Source: Gekko japonicus (taxonomy: Eukaryota). Taken from it: a DNA stretch of 64,000 bases. The stretch lies in NCBI RefSeq assembly GCF_001447785.1, contig NW_015177038.1, positions 363,759 to 427,758 of the forward strand, read 5' to 3'. The position numbers and the translations under genes are program-made. This document shows, one piece after another, positions 25,341 to 36,967 of the stretch (position 1 is the stretch's first letter; every line of letters starts with the position of its first letter). The notes under the pieces were generated by a model. It was not told where the DNA came from. It ran no database searches and saw only the letters and a program-made list of their open reading frames with translations.

Positions 25341-26774
25341 TGTGCCCCTATACTCTTGTTTTAAAGTCAAAATTCCAGTAATTGGTAAGGAAGGGAAAGT
25401 GACAGGGAGAGTGACAGAGGACTAAACCAAATTCTACTCACCATGCCCCGCAGGATGGTAGCTCTTAAAGCAGAATTATGTCTATGCCTCCCTAATGGCA
25501 AAATGGGGCAGGGAGGAGTGCTGAGCACCTAACTTCATGAAGTTCCCCATCTAGTTTAGTCTTTCAGGTTATCAGTACCAACAATTGGGTCAGGAAAAGG
25601 GCTTCCCACATTTAAAATAGAGTTCTAATAAGCTTCCTTTTAAAAAATCATTTGATAGTTGTTGCTGTTTTGTTCAGTTTTCTATTCATTGTTGAGTAAC
25701 GGAAGTTAGTAACACTTTGGATTTAGAGAATTTTTAAAAATGAAATGCACTTCACTCCATTGACTTCAGTAAATTTAGAGACAGGCTAGATGTGATGATG
25801 AGCCAATCTCCAGTTGTTGTTGTTTTTCTGATTTTTGGAAAGCAGCTTTGCAAGGCTCTGTTTAAGACTGGGGTCACAACTGAGGGATACAGGACCTAAA
25901 GACTTTCCCCCAGTATATTATAGTGATCTGAACTGTCCCCCTCCCTTCATGGCTGCCCTTCGATACACAAATAATTATTTGGTGCATTTTTATTCTGCCC
26001 TTCCTCCAAGGAGATCCTGGTAGCATGAATGCTTTTCAGAGTAACGCATAAGACCCAATACTCTCCGTATACAAACAGAGCCATAAAAGCAGCATTTGAT
26101 AAGAAGAGCAATGTTTTGCTTTTCATGAATGAAAAACAGAAGAATGTGGTTTTGCTAGGAAATCAGAGATTGCATAGAATTTAAGTATTAATTGAAGATG
26201 TTATCTCAAAAATTGGCTAAAACATTTTTTTTGTTCCGAATGGTCAAAAACCAGATAAGAAAATATATACTTGCCTTATTAACAGAGTTATAGAAATCAA
26301 AGTCCATCTTCAAACAATGGATTCATGGTTTGCTTGAGAGGCAAAGAGTGGCTTCTCTTTTTGCCCAAGCACATCTTACACCACAAACAGAAAACTTGGA
26401 CAAAGGAACTTTACTTCTTATGTAGCACTCAGTTGGAAATATCTCTTGAATTATTCAGGATTCATTATTAACAGAGAGCCCTCTGCTGCTGGAACAAAAA
26501 CCAATAGACATCTGACCTTATAGAAAGGCTAAACAACAGAGGGTTTCAAGGTAAGCCCATCAAGAACAGCTTCCACATGAATTGTGTGTGTGAATTTGTG
26601 TACTGGCAGTTTAATGACTGAAATATCTCTGTAGTCAAAAGTTTGAAACCAGCTCTGCCGACAGTCTAAACTCTTGGTTACAAGTATTTTCTTGATTCCA
26701 CTTCTCCCTTGATTTCCTTTGAAACATTTAGAATTGTAAACCTAAAATTACCTCACTTTAAGGAGAGGAGACAT

Positions 26775-27175
26775 ATGTTAATGGTTGAGCATCTGCTTAG
26801 CATGCAGAAGGTCTCAGGTTCAATCCCCAACATCTCCTGTTGAAAGGATCGGGTAACAAATGATCCTGCCTGAGATCCTGGAGCAGTGTTCCCTCTAAGC
26901 TGAGTTAGTGTGAGCTAGCTCACAGTTTTTTATCCTCCGTCTCACACATTTTTGTCTTAGCTCAGGAAGGGCAGCTCGAGAACAAACTAATTTATACAGT
27001 AGCCAAATCGCTCATTCACATCTTTAATACCAGTAGCTCACAAAGTAACATTTTTGCTCACAAGACTTCAGATCTTAGAGGGACCATTGTTCTGGAGAGC
27101 CACTGCCAGTCTGACAATGCTGACCTCGATGGACCAAGGGTCTGGTTCAGTATAAGGCAGATTAATGTGTGTTCA
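26775..27175 (+). mobile_element. tRNA-derived SINE with CR1-like tail (Squam3-like), interrupted by a hAT MITE at 26884-27089
   Basis: ggttgagcatctgcttagcatgcagaagg...ggttcaatccc head; MITE TIR cagtgttccctctaag with TSD tcctggag/ttctggag. Confidence 0.75.
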
Positions 27176-27350
27176 AAAGTATTTCAGACTCCAGAACTTG
27201 AAGGGGGGGAAGCATTCTTTTAAAAGTACCATTTTCTATAGCCATCACTGCTCCGCTGGCTTTCTGTAGAGGAAGAATGGTGCAGCAGTTATTTCTTTAT
27301 ACATCTAACATCAGTAGCAGCACTTTCGCCTCTAGAGTATGTCACTGTTT

Positions 27351-27470
27351 AAAAGCCCCAAGGAAAATTCTTCACCTCTACCACCTATAGGGAATTTTGC
27401 CCCTAGACTTCAATTAAGGAGTAGTGACAGAAGTGGAAAACCGTAAAAATCTTCAAAGTTCTGTACCTCA
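27351..27470 (-). promoter_or_regulatory. Putative OR-C promoter block (O/E-like and homeodomain sites)
   Basis: Clearly homologous to 39815-39925 upstream of OR-D; also shares ccccaaggaaaat with the OR-A/B promoters. Confidence 0.55.
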
Positions 27471-28174
27471 TGTGCAGTTTTGTGTTATGTTCTATATCTT
27501 TGCACACAAAATACTTCTCCTCAATGAAACTTAAAATTGGAGGAGGGAGATTGAATATGGTATAATTTTTGGGTTGCCAACGGGGAAACTCACAACGTGG
27601 TATTGTCACAGCAAGCATTATTTTATCTTTTTAATGTTGCAGTGGAAAGGATGCAGAGATGGTGGGCCACTGAGTTCTCTAGCGGCCTCATGGCTGCTAT
27701 CATATGTAGCTTTGGCTTCTGTAGAAGATGGATAAGGAACTGCAATTGCAGAGAATTACTTTTAAAGTAGTTTTTAAAAAATGATAAGCAATAATGACCT
27801 TTTCCATATAGCAACACTATAGAAGCCCCCATGTCACTGTGGCTAGGGTATCAATCGGGCTTCCACATGGACGGTTTCCCCACATTTTCCCCATGGTGAT
27901 CTCCTCCCCCATTCCACTGTCTATAGAAATCAAGTTTTGTAAATTTGGTAATTGACATATCAATATGGCACTTGAGGACCATGATCAGGTGGAAAGGCAA
28001 CATAAACATATTTTAAATAAATAGCATTATATCACTAGGTTATAGCAGTATATCACTGTGTCAATTGCCGATTTACAGCAAAACTCAAAAAGTCCCTGGT
28101 TGAGCATGAGTTGATCTCTGCTGCTGGGACTGGGGAACGGGAACTGGTGCTGATGTGGGCAGAACTGGGAAAAT

Positions 28175-30899
28175 CATAAGAACATAAGAGAAGCCAATTT
28201 TGGATCAGGCCAATGGCCCATCTAGTCCAACACTCTGTCACACAGTGGCCAAAAATACCAGGTGCCATCAGGAGGTCCATCAGTGGGGCCAGGACACTAG
28301 AAGCCCTCCCACTGTTGCCCCCACCCCAAGCACCAAGAATACAGAGCATCACCTGCCCCAGCCTGTGAGTTCCTATCTATACCTTGTGGCTAATAGCAAC
28401 TGATGGACCTCTGCTCCATATGTTTATCCAGTTCCTTCTTGAAGCTGTCCATGCTTGTAGCTGCCCCCACCTCCTGCGGCAGTGAATGCCACATGTTAGT
28501 CACTCTTTGGGTGAAGTACTTCCTTTTATCTGTTCTGACCCGACCGTTCAGCAATTTCATGGAGTGCCCATGAGTTCTTGTATTGTGAGAAAGGGAGAAA
28601 AGTACTTCTTTCTCGACCTGCTCTATCCCATTCATAATCTTATAAACCTCGATCATGTCACCCCTCAGCNNNNNNNNNNNNNNNNNNNNNNNNNNNNNNN
28701 NNNNNNNNNNNNNNNNNNNNNNNNNNNNNNNNNNNNNNNNNNNNNNNNNNNNNNNNNNNNNNNNNNNNNNNNNNNNNNNNNNNNNNNNNNNNNNNNNNNN
28801 NNNNNNNNNNNNNNNNNNNNNNNNNNNNNNNNNNNNNNNNNNNNNNNTATGATACTGGCTGATTTGTTTTCAATTCCCTTCCTAATAATCCCCAGCATAG
28901 CATTGGCCTTTTTTATTGCAGTCACACACTGTCTTGACATTTTAATTGAGTTATCTACTATGACTCCAAGATCTCTCCCTTGGTCAGTCTCTGCCACTTC
29001 AGACCCCATCAACATGTGTATTTATAGTTAGGATTTTTGGCTCCAATGTGCATCACTTTGCACTTGGCCACATTGAACCCCATTAGCCACGTTGACGCCC
29101 ACTCGCCCATCCTCGGCCGATCCCTTTGGAGTGCCTCACAATCCTCACTGGTTCTTACCACCCTGAACAACTTCGTGTCATCCACAAATTTAGCCACTTC
29201 GCTGCTTACTCCCAACTCCAAATCATTAATAAACAAGTTAAAAAGCATCAGACAAAGTACTGATCCCTGCAGTACCCCACTGCTTACCACCCTCCACTAA
29301 GAAAATTGCCCATTTATACTCACTCTCTGTTTCCTATTAATTAGGCAGTTTTTGATACACAAAAGGACGTCCTTTTATCCCGTGACTATTGAGCTTACTT
29401 AGGAGCCTTTGATGAGGAACTTTATCAAAAGCTTTCTGGAAGTCAAGCTAAACAACATCTATTGGGTCCCCCTTGTCCATATGTTTGTTCACTCCCTCAA
29501 AGAACACTAACAAGTTAGTGAGACGAGATCTTCCCTTACAGAACCCATGCTGAGTCTGCCTCAATAGGTTTTGTTCAGCTATGTACCTATTAATTCTTTC
29601 CTTAATAATAGTTTCCAAGTCAGACTGGCCTGTAATTTCCCGGATCTCCTCTGGAACCCTTTTTAAAGATGGGAGTGATGTTAGCTACCTTCTGGTCCTC
29701 AGGAACGGAGGCAGATTTTAATGAAAGATTACATATTTTTGTGAGGAGATCCACAAGTTCACATCTGAGTTCTTTCAGAACTCTCGGATGTATGCCATCC
29801 GGGCCTGGTGATTTATCAGTTTTTAAGTTGTCTATCAGTCATAGGACCTCCTCTCTCGTCACCTCAATTTGATTCAGGTCTCTCAACACTGCTTCCAAAA
29901 TCAGTGGTTCTGGAGTGGGCAAGCACTTCTCATCTTCCACAGTGAAGACAGAGGCAAAAAATGCATTTAGCTTCTCAACAATTTCCCTATCATCCTTCAG
30001 TACTCCTTTTACCCCTTGGTCATCCAAGGGCCCCACTGCCTCCCTGGCTGGTTTCCTACTTCTACTGTATTTGAAGAAAGTTTTATTGTTGGTCTTTATA
30101 TTTTTTTGCTATATGCTCTTCATATTCCTTTTTTGCCTGCCTGATTACAGACTTGCATTTTATTTGCCACAGCCTGTGTTCCCTTTTATAAACCTCACTG
30201 AGACTAGCTTTCTGTCGCTTAAAGGAATCCTTCTTACCTTTTACAGCTTCCATTACTTTGTTAGTTCACCATGCAGGCTTTTTCCTATACCTATTTGTAC
30301 CTTTCCTAATCTGCGGTATATGTTTTTTCTGAGCCTCTAGGATTGTAGTTTTAAATAGTCTCCAAGCTTCCCCAATGGTTTTGACCCTTTCTACTTTTCC
30401 TTTCAGTTTCTTCCTCAAATGTCTCCTCATATCAGAAAAGTTACCCCTTTTAAAGTTAAAACTGGTTATGTCAGTCTTTTTGGCCAATTTCCTATTTATA
30501 CAAATGTTGAACTCAATAACATTATGGTCACTGTTCCCAAGTGGTGCAATCACTTTTACATCTCTCACTGGGTCTTGGGCATTACTTAGGACCAAATCCA
30601 GGATCGCCTCTCCCCTGGTAGGTTCTGTGACCATCTGCTCCATAGCACAGTCATTAAGAGTGTCTAGAAACTCCATCTCTTTTTCCCGACTAGAACACAT
30701 ATTGACCCAATCAATGTGTGGGTAGTTAAAATCACCTATTATGACAAAGTTTTTTTGTCTAGCCGCTATCTTTAATTCATTCATCATTTTATAATCCTCC
30801 TCTACATTTTGATCTGGTGGGCGATAACAAACTCCCAGTGTTAAGCTTCCTTTTGGGCCTGCTATTTCAATCCATAGCATTTCCAGAAGCAAATCCAAT
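28175..30899 (-). mobile_element. 5'-truncated CR1 LINE (degenerate ORF2; contains the assembly gap)
   Basis: APE (GDFNYP, SDHN) and RT fragments, (ttcttatg)n tail; same family as 40355-44697. Confidence 0.95.
28670..28847. other. Assembly gap (178 N)
   Basis: Run of N inside the CR1. Confidence 1.
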
Positions 30900-32463
30900 G
30901 CAGACTTCCCCGTCCACAAGGCAGCAGCCATTCAAGCTCTACAGCATTCTTTCCCAAATATTATAGGAAAGCAGGTTTGGAAAAGATCACAGTGAAGAGG
31001 AAAACCTGGACGGTGTGTGAAAGTACCACAATGCTGTGGGGAACCAGGAAAATAACAGCATCCAAGCTGGGGCAACCACCTCATCTCTAAGGGACCAGCA
31101 TCTCAGAATATTCATGTTCAGAGTTAGATCCTGTGAATAATTTCTGTTAATGGAAGAGGGAAGATGATCTTCCCCCTTCCAATGCAGATGTGCAAACCTT
31201 TGTGTTTCTCCTGGGCATTCCTCCCCCAGTAACTCTTTCAATAGGGCATTTCTGGCTGCAGCAGAAGAGTCAAGGGAGGGAAGTCATACTTCTGTGCATG
31301 GAATTTACATAGGATTAGGGGTGAACACTTAAAAATAATATGGTTATAATTCTGTATTGGAAAGTTGGGAAGGACCCTCAGACAGTCCACAGGTCATTCA
31401 CCTATTAAATTTTAGAAGGCCACTATGTCACTGTCTAGTAGACCTAGCCTATGGATTCCACCCATTAACAATATTTGCCCTTGAAAGTTAAAAGGGCCAA
31501 TGTCCAGCAGACCAGCCGGGGAGTACTCCCTCCTACATAGGTATTCCTGCCTCCCCAACATGATTCCCAACTCTGATATTATCAGAAGTGGGTTGGGGGA
31601 CATATTTTGTGGTATCATATATTGCCAACCAATCTGATGCTGCAAATATTGGGCATTTTATCAGGTCAGCCATATCTGATTGCACTCCCCTACATAGGAT
31701 CCAACTTGATGCTCTTTGAATTCTCCTGGGAGCTGCATTTCATGGACACTGTGTGGGCTGCAGCAGGAGGGGGGGGAGGAGGAAGTTTTTCTCTACTGGG
31801 AAAAGTCGACTTTGGGGAATAGAATTTCACTTCTGGCTTGGATCCAGCAGAGTGTTTCTGTGGGTGGAAGGATTTCAGCCCATGTAGCACACCTTTCTCA
31901 CCTCCCTCTCCAGCCCCAAATGACCCACAAAATGCTGTTGTTGGCATTCCTAGGAACATTGTATTTTGGGGGTGTATTTTGGGCTGCAAGGGGGAGGCAA
32001 GCAGGTTGTACCCTGTAAACAGAAATCCTTTGGACCACAGAAACTCTCTACAGGATCCAAACTCCTGACTGGTATTGAAATTCTTCTGGTCAGTTACTAA
32101 GAAATGTTTATAGTTTTTTTCATGTATATGCCAGCTGAAGCTGCAGTCTGCTATTACAGGCATAAACAGGGCTAATCTATACATACAGCTGTCTTTTATG
32201 TGCTGAAATAGCTTTGTGCTTTCTGCATGACAGATTGCCTCTACATGCTCATCCTACATGATCATCCTTTTATTTGTTTGTTTGTTAGTTATAACATGTA
32301 TGTTCCACTTTTCCTCATGGTTCAAGATGGTTACCTGTGTATATGTACAACTATGTGATAATTTGATTATCCCAATACTTTGAGTTGGATACTGCTAGCA
32401 TCAGTGGAAGGCCATGATGTTTGCTGATCTTCCTGATAACGTCTCATATTTGAACCTAGACTC

Positions 32464-32800
32464 GTAGAATCATAGAGCTGGAAGGGACCTCCAGGGTCAT
32501 CTAGTCCAACCACCTGCAGAATGCAGGAAATACCTCCCCCTCCACAACAGCAGTGACTGCTATTCCATGCCCAGGAGATAATAAAAAACCTCTCCAGGAT
32601 CCCTGGCCAAACTGGCCTGGAGAAAATTGCTTCCTGACCCCAAAGTGGTGACCAGCATTTCCCTGGGCGTGTAAGAAAGGACCACAAGAACTAAGCACTG
32701 AGGCAACCCTTCCTTCCCTCCCTCTCATGATCTGCTGAAGTTCACACAATCAGCATTGCTGTCAGATGGCCATCTAGCCTCTGTTTGAAAACATCCAAAG
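32464..32800 (-). mobile_element. CR1 3' fragment (different subfamily, attctatg-type tail)
   Basis: agaatcatagagctggaagggacctccagggtcatctagtccaac is the reverse complement of a typical CR1 3' end. Confidence 0.75.
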
Positions 32801-33558
32801 AGGTTTTCAACCTGTCCAGGAGAAAAAAATATATCTCAAATAGTGGAGTGCAGTAAAATAAAATTGGTACAGGATGGTAAACTCTGTACACACAAGTCAT
32901 CTAGCTAAGTTGAAAAAGAGATACACACAAAGACCTTGCTTTACACAAGCATGGATGGATTCATGCATATTTGGTCACCTCACAGCTGAAGTACTTTTAT
33001 GTTAATAAAAACCCATGCCCATGAGATCTCAGTGGTTAAGAGTGTCGGACTAGTATCTGGGAGACCTTGGTTCGAATCCCCAATCTGCCATGGAAGCTCA
33101 CTGGGTGGCCTTGAGCCAGTAACACTGTCTCAGCCTAACGTACCTTACAGGGTTGTTGTGAGGATAAAATGGAAGACAGGAGAATGATATAACCCACTTT
33201 GGGTCCCATTGGGGTACAATATAATTAAATAAGCTCTTGATTCAACAGCTGCAGTGTGCAAAAATAGATCTATGACTGTTTGTTATCACTGATCTCAAAA
33301 ACAGTTCCAAATGACATCCATATCACTAATCACTCAGCAATTGTGTCAGGAAAAAACCCTGATCCTGCTATGCAGATTTCAGCAAAAACTACAGTTTAAG
33401 AATTGTCTGCCAAATTATGGAGGCTCTGGTGGAAACAAACAAAATTATTAGATTGTGGAAGTGGTAACAATACTTATCAATGCAGTACTTTTTAATGTTC
33501 ACAATGCTCATATGTTGTTCTAGTCACTGTTTCAACAGCCTTCCAAGATTAACATTAT

Positions 33559-33969
33559 TATCCTTGTGTTACGGATGGTGGGCTGGAGAGTGGCTTGCTA
33601 AAGGGCCGATCATGATACTATTCTATTACAATGTTCCTTCAACAATACTCTAAAAGGTGAAGTTTGAATACACTTTTCATTGCAGTTGTAGACAAATTGG
33701 AACAGGTTCTGAGGAAGGCTGCAAAAGAGGGAGGGGATAGAACTCTTCCTATAACTGAAGGGCTGTCATAGGGAATTAGATAAGCAGATGGAGCAGAGGT
33801 ATCCTTGTGTTACGGATGGTGGGCTGGAGAGTGGCTTGCTAAAGGGGCGATCATGATACTATTCTATTACAATGTTCCTTCAACAATACTCTAAAAGGTG
33901 AAGTTTGAATACACTTTTCATTGCAGTTGTAGACAAATTGGAACAGGTTCTGAGGAAGGCTGCAAAAGA
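33559..33969. repeat. 170-bp direct duplication with a templated spacer
   Basis: 33559-33728 matches 33800-33969 with one mismatch. Confidence 0.9.
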
Positions 33970-34339
33970 TGGTTAAGGATCTAAAACATAAGTCTGGCGG
34001 TTGAATGAATTAGGTATATTGAACATGACGATGAGAAAAGGGGAGGGGATAGAACTCTTCCTATACCTGAAGGGCTGTCATAGGGAAGAGACCAAGGACT
34101 TGTTCTTTGCTGCTCCAGAGGGCATGACAAAAGAGTTTAAGTTACATGAGGGTAGATTTCAGCTGAACATTGGGAGAAATGTCTCAACAGAAATAACAGT
34201 TCAACAATGGAACCAATGAGCTGGTTGGGGTGTCATTAGAGGTCTTCAATCAGAGGCTAGACAGGTATCTGTCCAGGTCAGGATGCTCCTGAATATGATT
34301 TCCTGTATTGAGCAAAGCATAGATAAAATGGCCTGTAGG

Positions 34340-35225
34340 CAGTGTTCCTTCTAAGCTGTGCTAGGGGGTGCTGGCACACAACATTTTAGCTAGCTGCTCA
34401 GACAATTTAGCTTCCAGCTCAGGAGCGTTTTCCCCTTCATTGGATGGGGACACCTCATTCTGGAGCCCCTAGAAATAGACTCCTTAGTCTAAACTGGGGG
34501 GGGGGGAGTTAGGACAAAACGGGTTTCGCATTGTTTCTTTTAACTCACAGTTGTTGTCCTTCTTCAAAGAAGTCTGCTGACGAAGAATTTATGCCGGTAA
34601 TCCGGCTCGATCGGCCACTATAGAGTTGCTTGGCACTTGCCTTCTTCGTGGGAGGAGGTCAAAGCCCAATTCAGCTTCTTCCGAAGCTGGATTACGCCAA
34701 CCTCACACTCCCTCTAGGGCGCTGCTGCCTGCTTGTCCCCCCCCCTCGCTGGGGAGTGATGCGTTGGGCTGTATATTGCCCAAACTGTTGAAAGTGGCCG
34801 TCGCTCGCTTCGCACGATCGCGAAACGCTTCAGTCCTCCATCTTAGCCAGACCGGAAGCTGGTATTTTTTTAAGGCTTGGTGAAGGGTGATGGTCTGAGG
34901 CCAGGTCTACCAATATAGTGGACTGGGGTGGGTAGACCTGTTCTCTGGAGGCCTGGTCTACCCCCGCAGAAGACAGTCTTTTCTGTAATGAAATTTGACT
35001 TGATTCTGTTTTCTCTTATAATGTTTAAATTATTGTTAAAATATAGTTTAAATATAGTTTAAAAGAATTTATTCTGAGATTTTTAAATTATGAAAAATAA
35101 TCTTCTAAGAAACTAATTTATGTGATAGTCAAATGTAGACTCATTCACAACTTTAATGCTACTAGCTTTTTTCACTCATGGCAGAATTTTTGCTCACAAC
35201 ACTATGGAGCTTAGAGGGAACATTG
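34340..35225. mobile_element. hAT element (TIR cagtgttccctctaag) carrying a CpG-rich, L1 5'UTR-like fragment
   Basis: TIRs at both ends, TSD cctgtagg/cctctagg; 886 bp versus ~205 bp for other copies. Confidence 0.75.
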
Positions 35226-35403
35226 CCTCTAGGGCCCCTTCCTACTCAATAGCTGCATCATTGATTAAAATGGCTATTTGGAAATAAAATATGCTCAGAC
35301 TTTGCTTCTGTGATTGTATCATCATTTATTTTCAGGTGCTTTAATCTTGGTATAATCTCCTAGATTCCCCAAGGACTGCATGCTGATTTCTAATTCTGCC
35401 AGA

Positions 35404-36336
35404 TCATTTTTGCAACCCATATTTTGTAAAAAGTTTCCTCAGTGCCCCTAACACGTCCCGATTCCTCAGGCTGTATATGAAAGGGTTCATCATGGCAGGG
35501 AACAGGGTGGTGAACACTGAGTTAATTGTGGCCTTTTGTGCTGAATAGGAGGATACAGGTGTCATGTATGTCAATATGGATGCTCCATAGAAGAGCCCCA
35601 CCACAAACAAATGAGACAAGCAGGTGCCCAAAGCCTTGTAGCTTCTCTCAGAGGAGCGAGCCCTCAGGACTTGCAGGAGGATGGCTATGTAGGAAGCAAG
35701 GATGACTGTGATGGGGAGGAGAAATGCCAGGAAATCTCCAAGATAAGTCGCCTTTTCAAATGCCGAGGTGTCAGAGCAGGAAAGCTGCATAAGGGCCATA
35801 TACTCACAAGCAATATGGTAAATCACATTAGACCTGCAGTAGGGAAGAGGCAGGACATAAACAGCACAGCACAAGGCCTGCACAGAAGACCAAACCCAGA
35901 CACCCACTGACAAGATGTAGCAGATTTTTCTCCTCATGAGGATTGGATACTGCAGAGGCCTGCATATGGCCACATACCTGTCATATGACATGGCTGCCAG
36001 GATGAAGCATTCTGCTCCTCCTAGGACCAGTGTTACAAAAATCTGGGTGACACATCCATAGAGTGAAATCGTATACTTCTGGGTAACAAAATTCACTGTC
36101 ACTTGCGGAACAACTGCTAAAACCTGACAGAGGTCCATAAAGGCTAACTGGCTGAGGAAAAAATACATTGGGGTCTGCAGACCAGAGTCCTTTTTAATGA
36201 GAAACAGAAGGAGGCTGTTTCCGAGCAGAGCAATAGCAAACATGAAGAGATCCACACCAAGAAAGATGGTGGGTGATCTTTGCTGCTGGAGTCCAACAAG
36301 AACAAATTCTCTCCATGATGTATTCTCTTCTCGCAT
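35404..36336 (-). CDS. OR-D, olfactory receptor (class II, OR2-like), 310 aa
   Basis: Intact ORF MREENTSW...LQTPMYFFLSQLA...MSYDRYVAIC...KALGTCLSHL...NPFIYSLRN; acceptor tacag at ~36363. Confidence 0.95.
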   Translation of the reverse strand: MREENTSWREFVLVGLQQQRSPTIFLGVDLFMFAIALLGNSLLLFLIKKDSGLQTPMYFFLSQLAFMDLCQVLAVVPQVTVNFVTQKYTISLYGCVTQIFVTLVLGGAECFILAAMSYDRYVAICRPLQYPILMRRKICYILSVGVWVWSSVQALCCAVYVLPLPYCRSNVIYHIACEYMALMQLSCSDTSAFEKATYLGDFLAFLLPITVILASYIAILLQVLRARSSERSYKALGTCLSHLFVVGLFYGASILTYMTPVSSYSAQKATINSVFTTLFPAMMNPFIYSLRNRDVLGALRKLFTKYGLQK

Positions 36337-36967
36337 TTCCCTTTCATTTGCCCATATTTCATCTGTAGAGATAAGGAGATAATTTGTGGGGATGAAATTT
36401 ATACAGTGACAACATTTAGGGACATCCTTCCTTGTTTTTAATCAATAAAATGTGTTATAAAATATAATATGCTTAGAAGAACTTATGCTTTTCTTCTCAC
36501 AATATTGTTTTGAATTGCATTTGTTCTGTTCAATAGAATATGAATAGAGCAGTTGAGCGGCATGCATGGAAGCTCTTTTTAAACACCAAAATCCCACCAA
36601 ACAGCAGTAGGACGCTGCACCTTTGTTTAAATGGCCTTCTTTTCTCTAAAGATGGCTAACGAATGGCAAAAAAAATTACAATATAACCCATAGAACCATC
36701 AGTTGACAACACTGAAGCAAATACAGGACTGGCAATAATAATTACATTTCCCATCTGCCATACATGCAGAACTAGGGTACTAGTTATGAACTCAAGGTTG
36801 TGCGCAAATGCCATTTTAAAGCAATGGCTATAGATAAAGAGGTATTGTTGCAGGGTACCACATAAGATGAAACAGTTCAAAGATGCCAAACAAAAAAATC
36901 CACCAGTTTTACCAGCTTGCCTCATCAAGCCACCAAAGAGAAACTTGCAGAAAGGACCAGTCTCTAC

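Noticed and set aside
28486-29031. ORFs with long X runs
   Set aside because: Artefacts of translating through the 178-N gap inside a CR1.
33025-33090. tRNA-like A/B boxes (also 1373, 26780, 63565)
   Set aside because: SINE heads followed by SINE bodies; no convincing cloverleaf.
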